From: a virus
IMG/VR virus record: IMGVR_UViG_2651869533_000065
Location: 1-38,147 of that record
Direction: 5' to 3' (one strand)
Length of the DNA: 38,147 nt
Position numbers and translations under genes: made by a program. Every line of letters starts with the position of its first letter. Positions within the stretch are counted from its first letter, which is position 1. A model generated the notes under the pieces. The model made no database searches. It was not told the origin of the DNA and was given only the letters and a program-made list of their open reading frames with translations. Shown piece after piece: positions 15,773 to 24,732 of the stretch.

Positions 15773-15928
15773 CTATGATTCTCTATATGCGGGGATGTAA
15801 TCCTTCAAATACTCCAGCTTCTTCTCGAGGTCTTGTATCTGTTTTTCAAGATCGGCTACCCTCTTGCACAAGAATTTGATCTCGTCATGGTGAATTTTTT
15901 GATAAAATTCAATGTCACTCGTCTGCAT
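15773..15928 (-). CDS. Small coiled-coil protein, 51 aa (below the ORF-track cutoff)
   Basis: Hand translation gives MQTSDIEFYQKIHHDEIKFLCKRVADLEKQIQDLEKKLEYLKDYIPAYRES. The ATG lies 1 nt after the stop of 15930..16244. Confidence 0.5.
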   Translation of the reverse strand: MQTSDIEFYQKIHHDEIKFLCKRVADLEKQIQDLEKKLEYLKDYIPAYRES

Positions 15929-15929
15929 C

Positions 15930-16244
15930 CTAGTACTCTTCTGGGAAATGGTTTGTAGGGTTAACTTCTTGCCTAAACTCTTTGATTTTCATCATTTCTT
16001 TTAGGTATTGTCGCTTTACCTCTCTGGTGGCGAAATCGTAGAAACAGAATAGATCTATAGATAGTTGATGAAGAGTCATCTTATCCCAATTTGATAAGCA
16101 ATTGCCCACATCGTAGCTATATTTATTGTACAAATGCTGAGGATCATTTTGCTCAGAGAACTCTGCTACTTCTATTTCGGTTATATCGCCCTTGTCGTTC
16201 GTATTAAACAGTATGCGTATGTCTTTTTTGTTCAGTAACTCCAT
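15930..16244 (-). CDS. Hypothetical protein, 104 aa
   Basis: ORF 8 nt downstream of the terminase gene. No motif recognised. Confidence 0.75.
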   Translation of the reverse strand: MELLNKKDIRILFNTNDKGDITEIEVAEFSEQNDPQHLYNKYSYDVGNCLSNWDKMTLHQLSIDLFCFYDFATREVKRQYLKEMMKIKEFRQEVNPTNHFPEEY

Positions 16245-16252
16245 ATCAATCC

Positions 16253-17623
16253 TTATCTTCTATCGTATCGCGGATCATCTCTGAAAAAGCGTGGCAGATC
16301 CGCTTGATTACTGCCATACAATGCTTGTGCCTTTGCCCTATCGAAATCTTCTGGGCCTCTGCCCTTCTTGGTACGATGTATTGCCATGCACATATACCTC
16401 AAAGCATCAGCGTAATGGTTTGCCCATGACTTAACAGGCTTAGGAAGATACATCTGCTTGGCTTCATCCCACTCTTTACGGTAGTTCTCTAATGCGTCTA
16501 TTAAAGATCTACACTTCTCTTGATCTATCCAGAATTTATTAAAATGGGTCCAAACGTTTTCAATACCATCAATGACACCAACTTGATCAACAAGGGTAAA
16601 ATCAAGGCCCAATTGGCGCGCTTTCTCATAACGCGTGACTGCTCCTCCCCCCCACTCTCTCACCTTAATATCATGTGGAGCAAAATGCTTAGCATAGATA
16701 TAGGGTTTATCTTTCACACACTTAACATAATAATCTAATCCCAAGTTATTATTAGACAAACAGTCTATTATCCGGATCACAGACCCGTCTCCAACGACAT
16801 TAAAGAAGATTATCGTCGTGGCGTCATTGACACCGATATCCCAGGCCGTATAGGTAACGAGTCCTGGTTCCCATGGCACATGACCGATCTGGCCTCTAAG
16901 TTTCAATGCATCGAGATGAGCACCATAGAAGCTTCCAGAAATCCCGCGATCCCAACTACACTCATACTCCTGGAGGTATAATCCCTCATCCATTTGAGAT
17001 CGTTCGTTATCCAACACATCGGGCGGAATATGCCCTATCTCGCTAGCCTTATGAACGAATATCTTCCATTCGGGTAGCTCCTGAGCAATCTTCCATAGTT
17101 GCCACATATGGTTCTTGCCTCGAGGCGTTCCAACTATTGCACACCATCCTCCGTTTGCCGCCAAAATTGGCCGTATGAACGAGAAAATATCTGGTGGCAT
17201 GAGACTAAACTCACTCAGTATTACTGCGTAAGGATTGGTTCCTACAAGCGAGCTGTCGTAGGTATCGCCTCCCAAAATTTGTAGGATTGATCCGTTGTGA
17301 AAAGTAACCTTCATTTCAGATGAGTTAACGCCTTTAACAAGCTGTGAAGGCAGGTAATCTAAGAACTTAGTCCCATCAATTGCAATCGCATCGAAAATAC
17401 ATCGACGTCCTTGCCCGTAAGTCGGGAGCACATAGAACACTAAGCATGTACGTTTGATGCATTGCCTTATCGCTAAGTTCCAGAAGAGAATATCTTTACC
17501 GGCTCGCCGCGAAGCTATATACAGAACACGCTTAGATCTGCCCTCTTCTATCGTGTCCCAGATCTCTTCTTGGTACCAACGCAGTGAGAACTTATCAAGC
17601 TCTACTTGTACTTCTACATTCAT
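16253..17623 (-). CDS. terL: Terminase large subunit, 456 aa
   Basis: Walker A-like ASRRAGKD, Walker B-like YAVILSEF, then VGTPRGKN and a C-terminal nuclease-type region (WDIGVNDATT). Adjacent to the portal gene. Confidence 0.9.
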   Translation of the reverse strand: MNVEVQVELDKFSLRWYQEEIWDTIEEGRSKRVLYIASRRAGKDILFWNLAIRQCIKRTCLVFYVLPTYGQGRRCIFDAIAIDGTKFLDYLPSQLVKGVNSSEMKVTFHNGSILQILGGDTYDSSLVGTNPYAVILSEFSLMPPDIFSFIRPILAANGGWCAIVGTPRGKNHMWQLWKIAQELPEWKIFVHKASEIGHIPPDVLDNERSQMDEGLYLQEYECSWDRGISGSFYGAHLDALKLRGQIGHVPWEPGLVTYTAWDIGVNDATTIIFFNVVGDGSVIRIIDCLSNNNLGLDYYVKCVKDKPYIYAKHFAPHDIKVREWGGGAVTRYEKARQLGLDFTLVDQVGVIDGIENVWTHFNKFWIDQEKCRSLIDALENYRKEWDEAKQMYLPKPVKSWANHYADALRYMCMAIHRTKKGRGPEDFDRAKAQALYGSNQADLPRFFRDDPRYDRR

Positions 17624-18116
17624 GCTTGCATAACTCCACTTCTACGTCGTATTTGTCTATCAAGCGTAATGCGGCGCTTATGGGATATATTCCCTCAGCT
17701 TCAGCAACTGCTGCGATAAGATCTCCGCCTTTCTTACACTCCATGCACCACATAACCTTTTTTAGAGGATTAACCTCCAATGTTCCTCTATTGCACCAAG
17801 GACATTCAGCACGAAAGATCTTGGTCTTGGTAATTCTCTCGGAAAGAGGAACACGCAGATAGAATCTGACAGCTTCGTTGAAAGGGACAGATGCTTTTAT
17901 AGTATCGAAGATGTCTTGTATGCAGCGAGAAGCTTTCGAGTCTTGCTCGAAACCACCATTTTCCTCGAACCATTTAGTGATCGCATAGTCTTTGCCAATC
18001 ATGCCATATTGTTCATCGCGTCTGGCAGGACAATTGGGACACTTAAGTTGCCACAGATCTGGCGCTACTTGAGGGCACTCGTATTCTTTCTTACAGGTGT
18101 AGCATGTAGATGTCAT
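17595..18116 (-). CDS. Double zinc-ribbon protein with primase-type CHC2-like finger, 173 aa
   Basis: N-terminal CYTC...CPNC. The C-terminal CPWCNRGTLEVNPLKKVMWCMECKKGGDLIAAVAEAEG resembles the DnaG zinc-binding domain without a catalytic core. Overlaps the terL start by 29 nt. Confidence 0.6.
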   Translation of the reverse strand: MTSTCYTCKKEYECPQVAPDLWQLKCPNCPARRDEQYGMIGKDYAITKWFEENGGFEQDSKASRCIQDIFDTIKASVPFNEAVRFYLRVPLSERITKTKIFRAECPWCNRGTLEVNPLKKVMWCMECKKGGDLIAAVAEAEGIYPISAALRLIDKYDVEVELCKHECRSTSRA

Positions 18117-18385
18117 TTGAGATCCTCCATTAATTGATTAGCCACCTCTTGCCTGGCAGCTATCTCTTCTGGAGTTCCGGGCTCTTGGTAGGTATCCATA
18201 AAGCCTATAACACAGCGTTTACATTGTTGATCCGTCTCAGAGTTAACGCACTCACTACACTTCTGATCCTTCATGTCGCAGAGGGTGATCAGATTGAGGT
18301 GAAAGAAGTCTTTATACTTAATATTAAGCTGCTGTAAAAGAGCACGAAGCTCATTAACAAGCTGCTGTTCTAAATGTTCGCTCAC
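18113..18385 (-). CDS. Small Cys-containing protein, 90 aa
   Basis: ORF overlapping the next gene by 4 nt. Contains CSEC...CKRC, a possible zinc ribbon. Confidence 0.65.
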   Translation of the reverse strand: MSEHLEQQLVNELRALLQQLNIKYKDFFHLNLITLCDMKDQKCSECVNSETDQQCKRCVIGFMDTYQEPGTPEEIAARQEVANQLMEDLK

Positions 18386-18408
18386 TACTATCCTTTTTAG
18401 AGATTATG

Positions 18409-18600
18409 TTAGATAATTAATTCGTGAATCTTTTTAAACAACTCTAGATTCTTCTCGTATTGCTCGTCTTCAGAATGATACCTCGCAGTAAATAGTTTTC
18501 CGTGATCCCAACACAAAGAGAACCACTTATTATCAAGAATCGAGCACCCACACTTTTTTACAACACATCCACAATTGTTATCACATTTCGCCATTGTCAC
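18409..18600 (-). CDS. Small Cys-rich protein, 63 aa
   Basis: ORF with KCDNNCGCVVKKCGCS at its N-terminus. Confidence 0.6.
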   Translation of the reverse strand: MTMAKCDNNCGCVVKKCGCSILDNKWFSLCWDHGKLFTARYHSEDEQYEKNLELFKKIHELII

Positions 18601-18649
18601 CCCTAATATTGCGGTAGATTTACCCTAAACACCTTCAGTCAGCTTTCCA

Positions 18650-19228
18650 TCAGTTGCCTCTTTTTTGTCGACGACTTGATTTAGGAGCTTTTGTAGATAT
18701 AGACCATTTAGGTATCGAGGCTTCCATTTCATCAAGCTCAATAGCCGCTTGCTTGGTCCGTTCAGAATACACAGCCAACTGCTTCTGGAGATCTTTTATC
18801 TGCTCTTCATAGCTATCAGTAACACATTTACGCGAACCAAGGTCATTAAGAGCCTGATCGAGTCTTTTACCGCGTAGCTCTACTTCTTCTTTTAGGGCCT
18901 TATTTTCTTTCTCGAGCTCTTCCAGTTGCTTACACTTGAGAGTCATCTCTTCCATCAAGTAGATATTACCTTTGCGTAGCTGTTCCATGGCAGTATCGTC
19001 GTAGGTGACGCCATTCTTGAGCCGCTCTATCTCTCTTTCTAGTACGCCAACTTGATAGTCATAGAGGGCTTTGCCTTCTTGAACTTGGTTAACTAAGCCA
19101 GAGATACTTTCTTTATACTTCTGAAGTGTGTCAGAATCGTGCTGCCTAAGGCACTTGAGCGTCTCTATCTCATTCTTACAGTTGCCGTAATGGAACAACA
19201 TAAGGCTCCTAAAAAGGGTAATCATCAT
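18650..19228 (-). CDS. Coiled-coil protein, 192 aa
   Basis: Long heptad-like Glu/Lys/Leu-rich sequence. TAATG overlap with the upstream gene. Confidence 0.7.
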   Translation of the reverse strand: MMITLFRSLMLFHYGNCKNEIETLKCLRQHDSDTLQKYKESISGLVNQVQEGKALYDYQVGVLEREIERLKNGVTYDDTAMEQLRKGNIYLMEEMTLKCKQLEELEKENKALKEEVELRGKRLDQALNDLGSRKCVTDSYEEQIKDLQKQLAVYSERTKQAAIELDEMEASIPKWSISTKAPKSSRRQKRGN

Positions 19229-19581
19229 TAGTCTTTCTTATCAAAGGACATGTTCATAAGTGCGCGAAACTCTGGTGAATAGCTTGCTTCTCTTTCAGCA
19301 GCTTCTTCATTGCGACGTCTTATGATGAGCTCATTTATCTCGGTACCAAACTTCTTTATGTCAGCACGTCTCTTTCTCTTGCGATCTAGAAGCAAAAGCT
19401 TGACCTGATAGTAGGCGTCATAAAGATCTTGATGCTCTTGAATCCACAACTTTAAGGAGTCGTATTTGAAGCCATTCTCTGTACAGAAGTCACGTATACG
19501 TAACGAAGTCTCTTTAGTTGCCCAGCGTTCCATTAAGGCTATGAATGGAATACGCATCTCTACACTCTGCATCGGTTTCAT
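19228..19581 (-). CDS. HTH protein, small-terminase-like N-terminal fold, 117 aa (paralogue of 19578..20078)
   Basis: SLRIRDFCTENGFKYDSLKLWIQEHQDLYDAYYQVKLLL follows the pattern S(L)..FC...GI....L..W....PEF..AY..AK, which I associate with HTH-type TerS proteins. Confidence 0.5.
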   Translation of the reverse strand: MKPMQSVEMRIPFIALMERWATKETSLRIRDFCTENGFKYDSLKLWIQEHQDLYDAYYQVKLLLLDRKRKRRADIKKFGTEINELIIRRRNEEAAEREASYSPEFRALMNMSFDKKD

Positions 19582-20078
19582 AGTTCGATCTCACTCATCT
19601 CTTGTTTGCTAACGACTCTTGGTTTTCCGGTATTGATAACAAATGTGTGTGGTTGCTTTTCCTCTTCCTTCTTCATGTCTGAGTGGTACTTATTGATTGC
19701 TAACCATTCTGGATCATACATATGCATATCTTTGTAAGCATAAGCTCCATCTAATTTCTTATTCATAGAACCTAATCTTCTATGGCATGCAATATTGAGT
19801 TTCATGTCTGCATAAGCTTCATGAATATCTGGGTATACTCTGTCCCATTCTCTTAAAGTTCCATAAGGGATCTTATACTCCATGCAGAATTGTAAGACCT
19901 CTAGTGATGTAGATTTCTCTGACCATACTTGCATTGTTCTAATGAGTCTTTGTCTCCATTCATCCTTAGAACAATAGATAGATAGAGTTGTTTTATCCAC
20001 ATAGTCACACCAGCTTCGAGAATTCGACAATAATCCATTATCTACGTTAGGGTTGAGGCTTTCTGATTTCTTTGCCAT
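19578..20078 (-). CDS. HTH protein, small-terminase-like, 166 aa (paralogue of 19228..19581)
   Basis: SLEVLQFCMEYKIPYGTLREWDRVYPDIHEAYADMKLNI shows the same pattern as its neighbour. The two genes overlap by 4 nt. Confidence 0.5.
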   Translation of the reverse strand: MAKKSESLNPNVDNGLLSNSRSWCDYVDKTTLSIYCSKDEWRQRLIRTMQVWSEKSTSLEVLQFCMEYKIPYGTLREWDRVYPDIHEAYADMKLNIACHRRLGSMNKKLDGAYAYKDMHMYDPEWLAINKYHSDMKKEEEKQPHTFVINTGKPRVVSKQEMSEIEL

Positions 20079-20513
20079 TTACTCTACCTCTGTTATGGTA
20101 ATTTCCGTTCTTGGCAGCCAATCATACACCTTTTTCATGGTCATAGAACAGACTATTCTGTCATCAACAATGATCACATCCTTCATAGCGTCCAATAAAA
20201 ACTTAGTAAGATTATCCAGATCAACAGGACCTACGTGATAGAGAGATTTGAGTTTATCTTGCTTAGCTTTGGGAATGTTCATGTAGAATGTGATGTCTAT
20301 GTGAATGGCTTTATCAAATAATGGCTCTTCACCGTGTTGGTTGATGAGATAGAGTCCAAAGTTAAGCTTATCTTTGGCTTGTGCGTCAAAGTATCTGTTA
20401 CCATTACGCGCTGCTCTTTGCCAGGCTATGGGTTTTACTTTGATAATGTATGATTTGCTTCTCACTACACCACTCCTAGTCGTATATTTCCTCGAAAACT
20501 TCATCACCATCAA
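20079..20513 (-). CDS. rusA: RusA-family Holliday junction resolvase, 144 aa
   Basis: PVDLDNLTKFLLDAMKDVIIVDDRIV ... EITITEV matches the RusA acidic catalytic motifs (D.DN..K...D....DD..V). Confidence 0.8.
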   Translation of the reverse strand: MMVMKFSRKYTTRSGVVRSKSYIIKVKPIAWQRAARNGNRYFDAQAKDKLNFGLYLINQHGEEPLFDKAIHIDITFYMNIPKAKQDKLKSLYHVGPVDLDNLTKFLLDAMKDVIIVDDRIVCSMTMKKVYDWLPRTEITITEVE

Positions 20514-21729
20514 CAGGTGAATATGTCAGGTTATCCCAGACAACTTCATCATGCGCTATTTGTGCACAGACTATCTGATCTTTTACTTCTGTCACTACCC
20601 TTTGTTCTATAGATTCCTCTACTCTATCTATACCCCACTTGCTCATATCAACCATCAAACGCCTTCCTAAATCGAGCCACTCAGGATTACCTGCAAGATA
20701 GGCACGCTGTTTGGCAATATCTTCTGGAGTATCAAGCGCTATTCTTTGTTGAGACTTGGCTCTCTCTAGAGCAACCAATTCATCCTGCTTAGAAGCTTTC
20801 TGTTGCGGCTTAGCTGCTGGTATATCCATAGGCTTGGCAGCGAGTATGAGTGTAGGATCTTCTGGCATAGAGTTCTCAACAGCCAATCTGTGCATCAAAC
20901 TCCAATCAGGAGACTTGTTATTCTTCTTGCACCACTCATTACAGACAGACCCAAACCATTTGAATAGATCTTGTTTTGGACTCTTGCTTGCCTTAAAAAC
21001 GGTCAATGCATGAAATAGTGCTTGGTCTGGATAGGCGCTGAGTCTAATCTGGCCCCATTTAGTGAGATTCAGTGTTTGCGTTACGGATTTCAGTGTAGGT
21101 GTGATCCACGCTGGTTGCTCCATCTTGCTCTCTTTCTTCGTTGTAAGTCTCTTTTCCCGTCTACTCTCTCTATTCTCCGTTGGATAAAGATGTGGAGGTA
21201 GATATTCTCTTCTCTTTTGAGCCTCGGCATAGATAGAATAGACTTTTAAAAAGAGATGTTCGGGTTGTGCTTCAGTAGTTTTTGTATAATTAATATCCTT
21301 TAAACAATATTGTACGCCAAACCTGGGTCCTACCTGTATAGGGGTGAATGTAATCCCTATGGCAAAGGCTAGATTTTTGAAGAATTTGTAGCATGCCAAG
21401 ATGCGACCTTTTTCTTTAAAGGCAAGCTCGGTCAATTCATAGCGGCACACATCATAATTGTTTATTTGGGAGCGTATCTTTCTAATAAGACCCTCTTTAT
21501 GCCAAATACCCAACTGACGATTAGTGTCCCTTAAGGAGACCTTAGACTTGAGAGCGATAGTTTCTTGTGAAACAATAATGTTATTGCCGTAGATAGTGTG
21601 ATAGTTGAATAGGGTACGCATAATGCTTATCGCGTTTCTACTTTTTGTAGAAATATCGATAGATAAGCCATTATTTTCAACAGAAGCTTGCAAAGATGGT
21701 GATGTTTGGTAACATTTATCTATAAACAT
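20476..21729 (-). CDS. Putative replication initiation protein (winged-HTH N-terminal domain), 417 aa
   Basis: It is the largest early protein. The N-terminal SQETIALKSKVSLRDTNRQLGIWHKEGLIRKIR looks like a wHTH. It heads an operon after a 205-nt spacer and lies next to rusA. Function is inferred. Confidence 0.45.
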   Translation of the reverse strand: MFIDKCYQTSPSLQASVENNGLSIDISTKSRNAISIMRTLFNYHTIYGNNIIVSQETIALKSKVSLRDTNRQLGIWHKEGLIRKIRSQINNYDVCRYELTELAFKEKGRILACYKFFKNLAFAIGITFTPIQVGPRFGVQYCLKDINYTKTTEAQPEHLFLKVYSIYAEAQKRREYLPPHLYPTENRESRREKRLTTKKESKMEQPAWITPTLKSVTQTLNLTKWGQIRLSAYPDQALFHALTVFKASKSPKQDLFKWFGSVCNEWCKKNNKSPDWSLMHRLAVENSMPEDPTLILAAKPMDIPAAKPQQKASKQDELVALERAKSQQRIALDTPEDIAKQRAYLAGNPEWLDLGRRLMVDMSKWGIDRVEESIEQRVVTEVKDQIVCAQIAHDEVVWDNLTYSPVDGDEVFEEIYD

Positions 21730-21934
21730 AAATGCCTCCTGGGTTTCGGTCTGAAACTTTGAAGTTTGTGCATTTGGTTCCTTTTAGTTGATAGAAGCGA
21801 GACACCCTGAGAAAGTAAACGCTGCTATTAATGAAATAAAATTTATAGTGGATAGTAAAACACGATCTAGAAAATATTCAAGTCTGAATAGTGTCTGATC
21901 GTGCAGTAACGCAAGCAAAAGTTAATGAAGGGCA

Positions 21935-22528
21935 TTAGTTTTCACTGGTGTCCTTATCTTTTAAGTTTGGTATCCAAAGAAGTTTCCCATCAACATACGG
22001 ATAAAGTTTTATCTCTTTCTTACTGTCTCCGATGGTCATAGATAGAGGCAACTGTTTGCTTAGGACAACATGAGAAGGAGCATATTGTGGCTTCTTCCCC
22101 AAACTATTATCAATAGTTATCCAACGAATGGGAATACGATCAGGATCATCTGGTATATTGGGAAATATTAGTTTCGTATCACGAACAAAGTAACATGAGC
22201 CTCCATAGTAACCATTACTAGAGTTACGAAACTCAACATCAATGTGTCCCTTAGCAGTTATTAGGGTGTATCCATAAACCTTAACGCAGTCATCATCTCC
22301 ATTGATAGCGCCTTCATCTTCCGTTTCAGGCTTTTCTACCATGCCAATGATTTTTTCACCAGCAAGGTTCTCTTGGTTGGTAACAGACTCAAACCAAGAA
22401 GTAGAACAACAATCCCCATCCGCGCAGAATACAAAGTGTTTATCACTATATCCATTGATGAAGACAATATATGTTTTATCTTCGTCCATATAGATATAGC
22501 GTACAGTCTCCCAAAATAGCTCTTTCAT
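21935..22528 (-). CDS. Hypothetical protein, 197 aa (DGDCCSTSWFE motif)
   Basis: ORF. The N-terminal domain carries a conserved-looking CC..SW motif and SNGYYGG. Function unknown. Confidence 0.75.
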   Translation of the reverse strand: MKELFWETVRYIYMDEDKTYIVFINGYSDKHFVFCADGDCCSTSWFESVTNQENLAGEKIIGMVEKPETEDEGAINGDDDCVKVYGYTLITAKGHIDVEFRNSSNGYYGGSCYFVRDTKLIFPNIPDDPDRIPIRWITIDNSLGKKPQYAPSHVVLSKQLPLSMTIGDSKKEIKLYPYVDGKLLWIPNLKDKDTSEN

Positions 22529-22543
22529 TGCTCTCCCTTTGTG

Positions 22544-22858
22544 TCAACAACAGTTTTCACATCCACTCCAAACTTCTTGAATCATGTCATCTAGTTCTTC
22601 ATCAGAGCAACAGCTATTAGAATTGGCCAGGAGCTCCATTTCAACAAGAGCCGACACATACGCATGGACCATGTCTTTCTCGCGATCGTCGAGCGATTCT
22701 ATTGATCTAAGGACCACATTCAAGCGATTATATTGCTCTTCATTCTCTATGCGACAGCTTTCCAAAAATAGCTCTACATTGTCGTAGAAATCGTAACGAG
22801 AATAGGCAGAATAGAGAGGGGTACTAATTAGAGAGAGGAATAAAACGAGCGTCTTCAT
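22544..22858 (-). CDS. Small secreted Cys-rich protein, 104 aa
   Basis: Start moved to ATG 22858, giving the signal-like MKTLVLFLSLISTPLYSAYS. The C-terminus carries SNSCCSDEE and SGCENCC. Confidence 0.55.
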   Translation of the reverse strand: MKTLVLFLSLISTPLYSAYSRYDFYDNVELFLESCRIENEEQYNRLNVVLRSIESLDDREKDMVHAYVSALVEMELLANSNSCCSDEELDDMIQEVWSGCENCC

Positions 22859-23048
22859 CACGGTCCTTTTTAGACTTTGGTAGTTTAGGGATATCACCAG
22901 TAAATATAATATAATGCGTAATAGATCTGATAGGTATTGGGCAGTTTTTTTCATCAAACCAGATATCAACAATATGCCCATCGGTTATCCACACAGGACC
23001 CAAAGGTATCCTTTTCGTTCTACTTATCTTGATCCACTTCATCTTCAC
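22824..23048 (-). CDS. Hypothetical protein, 74 aa (DUF551-like N-terminus?)
   Basis: ORF beginning WIKISRTKRIPLGPVWITDG. Overlaps both neighbouring genes. Confidence 0.5.
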   Translation of the reverse strand: MKMKWIKISRTKRIPLGPVWITDGHIVDIWFDEKNCPIPIRSITHYIIFTGDIPKLPKSKKDRDEDARFIPLSN

Positions 23049-23403
23049 TTTCCTTACAGTGCTCAGTGCACAGGTGTGAATTCTCTAGTTGAACAGTTTC
23101 TTTCTCGCAATAATGGTATTTATCATGGGGATACGCATGTATCTCAAAGACAAACATCTTTCCAGATTTTTCTAACTCTTTCATCTTCTTTACCGTGGAA
23201 TAAAACCAATCAGTGAGTTCAAATCCATCAACCCAATAAGACTTTGCTTTCTCCTCTGGTGTATCAAAACAGTAATCAGTACATATGTATGTTATATCTT
23301 TCTTGGGATCCAAAGTAGTAGCGAAACTCATCGTCAAATCTCTGGTTTCTACCTTGATCCAAAAAGGTTTAATCGAATCTTGAGGGTATTCTTTTTTGCT
23401 CAT
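23020..23403 (-). CDS. Hypothetical protein, 127 aa
   Basis: ORF 1 nt from the upstream gene. Acidic C-terminus. Confidence 0.7.
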   Translation of the reverse strand: MSKKEYPQDSIKPFWIKVETRDLTMSFATTLDPKKDITYICTDYCFDTPEEKAKSYWVDGFELTDWFYSTVKKMKELEKSGKMFVFEIHAYPHDKYHYCEKETVQLENSHLCTEHCKESEDEVDQDK

Positions 23404-23404
23404 G

Positions 23405-23785
23405 TTAAACCTCTAAGTATGCCCAGCGAGTTATAGCATCCATTGATGCTGTTAGTTCTTTTTTATCTACAAATTTGGGGATGTTGTCATAGAAAAGACC
23501 AATAGAATCTTGATGCGCTTTGTGAGATTCCTTATGCTCTTCAGCCGTACAACAATACCCATCTATCGCATAGAACAAAGCACCCACAAGAGAAATATTT
23601 TGTTCATACGCATCCATAAAAGGAAGCGATTCATCAAGCAGGGCATAATACTTAATATACACGCCAAAATTATGCCCAGGACGGTAATTATATTTAGGCT
23701 TTAAAGTCATATAGGTGCCACCATCAACGATGATTCTTCTACATGATTTTCCAGGCCAGAACTCCTCAGCATCAAACCATTGCAT
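23405..23785 (-). CDS. Hypothetical protein, 126 aa
   Basis: ORF 1 nt from the ERF gene stop. Confidence 0.7.
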   Translation of the reverse strand: MQWFDAEEFWPGKSCRRIIVDGGTYMTLKPKYNYRPGHNFGVYIKYYALLDESLPFMDAYEQNISLVGALFYAIDGYCCTAEEHKESHKAHQDSIGLFYDNIPKFVDKKELTASMDAITRWAYLEV

Positions 23786-23786
23786 G

Positions 23787-24407
23787 CTATTTCCTGTTCT
23801 TTGCTATATATGCTTTAACACCAGCAAACTTTGAGCGCTTGAGGTGCGATAGATCTTCTACCTCATTGAACCCTTTTATGGCCGTAAACAGTGTTCCTGC
23901 ATTAGCACAGGCCTTTAAGTCAGCAGTAAGTATTGCGAGTTGCTCTTGTGTTATACATGGTTCTTCTTGGGCATCTCTTTGTTCGATATACTTCCGCTCT
24001 GACTCTCCATCATCATCTTCGGTAGGTATGGCGCATAGAGATAGAACTGAATACTCTTTCATATAGGTATTAGCTTTACCCTTTTCCTGGTTGCCAGGCT
24101 TTTCACTTTCAAGGATGCGACAATCTTCAAGGTACTGGCCAGACAGCGTATGAACCAAACGAGTATGAAGGCATTCGACCCTATCAACAGGCCTAGCAAA
24201 GTGCCAGATGATAATGTTGTTCTTCGCCAATGCTCCTTCAACCGCATGATAGATATCCTCTATCTTTGCATATTTACCAAACTGGTTGTTCTTACCGCTC
24301 ATTCCTGTAGCGATGAACTCTTGCTTAGCCAATAAAAAGGCAGCCGCAAGAGCTCTTATATCGTCAGACATTGAAGCGCTGTTACTCTTTATTGTCTGGT
24401 GTTCCAT
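23787..24407 (-). CDS. erf: ERF-family single-strand annealing protein, 206 aa
   Basis: GKYAKIEDIYHAVEGALAKNNIII...HTLSGQYL...GKANTYMKEYSVLSLCAIPTEDDDG fits the ERF core (KYA.L.DI ... H.SG ... TY.RRY.L..L.GI..EDDDG). Confidence 0.75.
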   Translation of the reverse strand: MEHQTIKSNSASMSDDIRALAAAFLLAKQEFIATGMSGKNNQFGKYAKIEDIYHAVEGALAKNNIIIWHFARPVDRVECLHTRLVHTLSGQYLEDCRILESEKPGNQEKGKANTYMKEYSVLSLCAIPTEDDDGESERKYIEQRDAQEEPCITQEQLAILTADLKACANAGTLFTAIKGFNEVEDLSHLKRSKFAGVKAYIAKNRK

Positions 24408-24732
24408 AATATAGTTCCTGTGCAGGTAGATTTAGTTTCCTCAGTAGGACATTCTTTTCAGCAAACATCGCTCTCAATTGATACTTAAGAGAGGAGATCT
24501 GGTCGCGCAAAGCCCCTTCTTCCTTGAAGTTCTTATAGTAGCTATCGCAATCTTTCTTGTTTAAGTGCTCGACTTGCGTTTGTGCAGCGGCAAGCTTGGC
24601 ATTCAAGGAGTCTCTTTCCTTCAATAACTCCCCTATCTTTTTATCCAGCTTCTCATTCTTTAAGAACTGTTGTTTAAGACAGAGAGTCAGCCGCTTATTA
24701 TTAGCTGTTAGCTCTTTGAGTTCCGTCTTCAT
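24382..24732 (-). CDS. Coiled-coil protein, 116 aa
   Basis: ORF with a heptad-type Lys/Glu/Leu sequence. Overlaps its neighbours by 26 and 32 nt. Confidence 0.65.
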   Translation of the reverse strand: MKTELKELTANNKRLTLCLKQQFLKNEKLDKKIGELLKERDSLNAKLAAAQTQVEHLNKKDCDSYYKNFKEEGALRDQISSLKYQLRAMFAEKNVLLRKLNLPAQELYYGTPDNKE

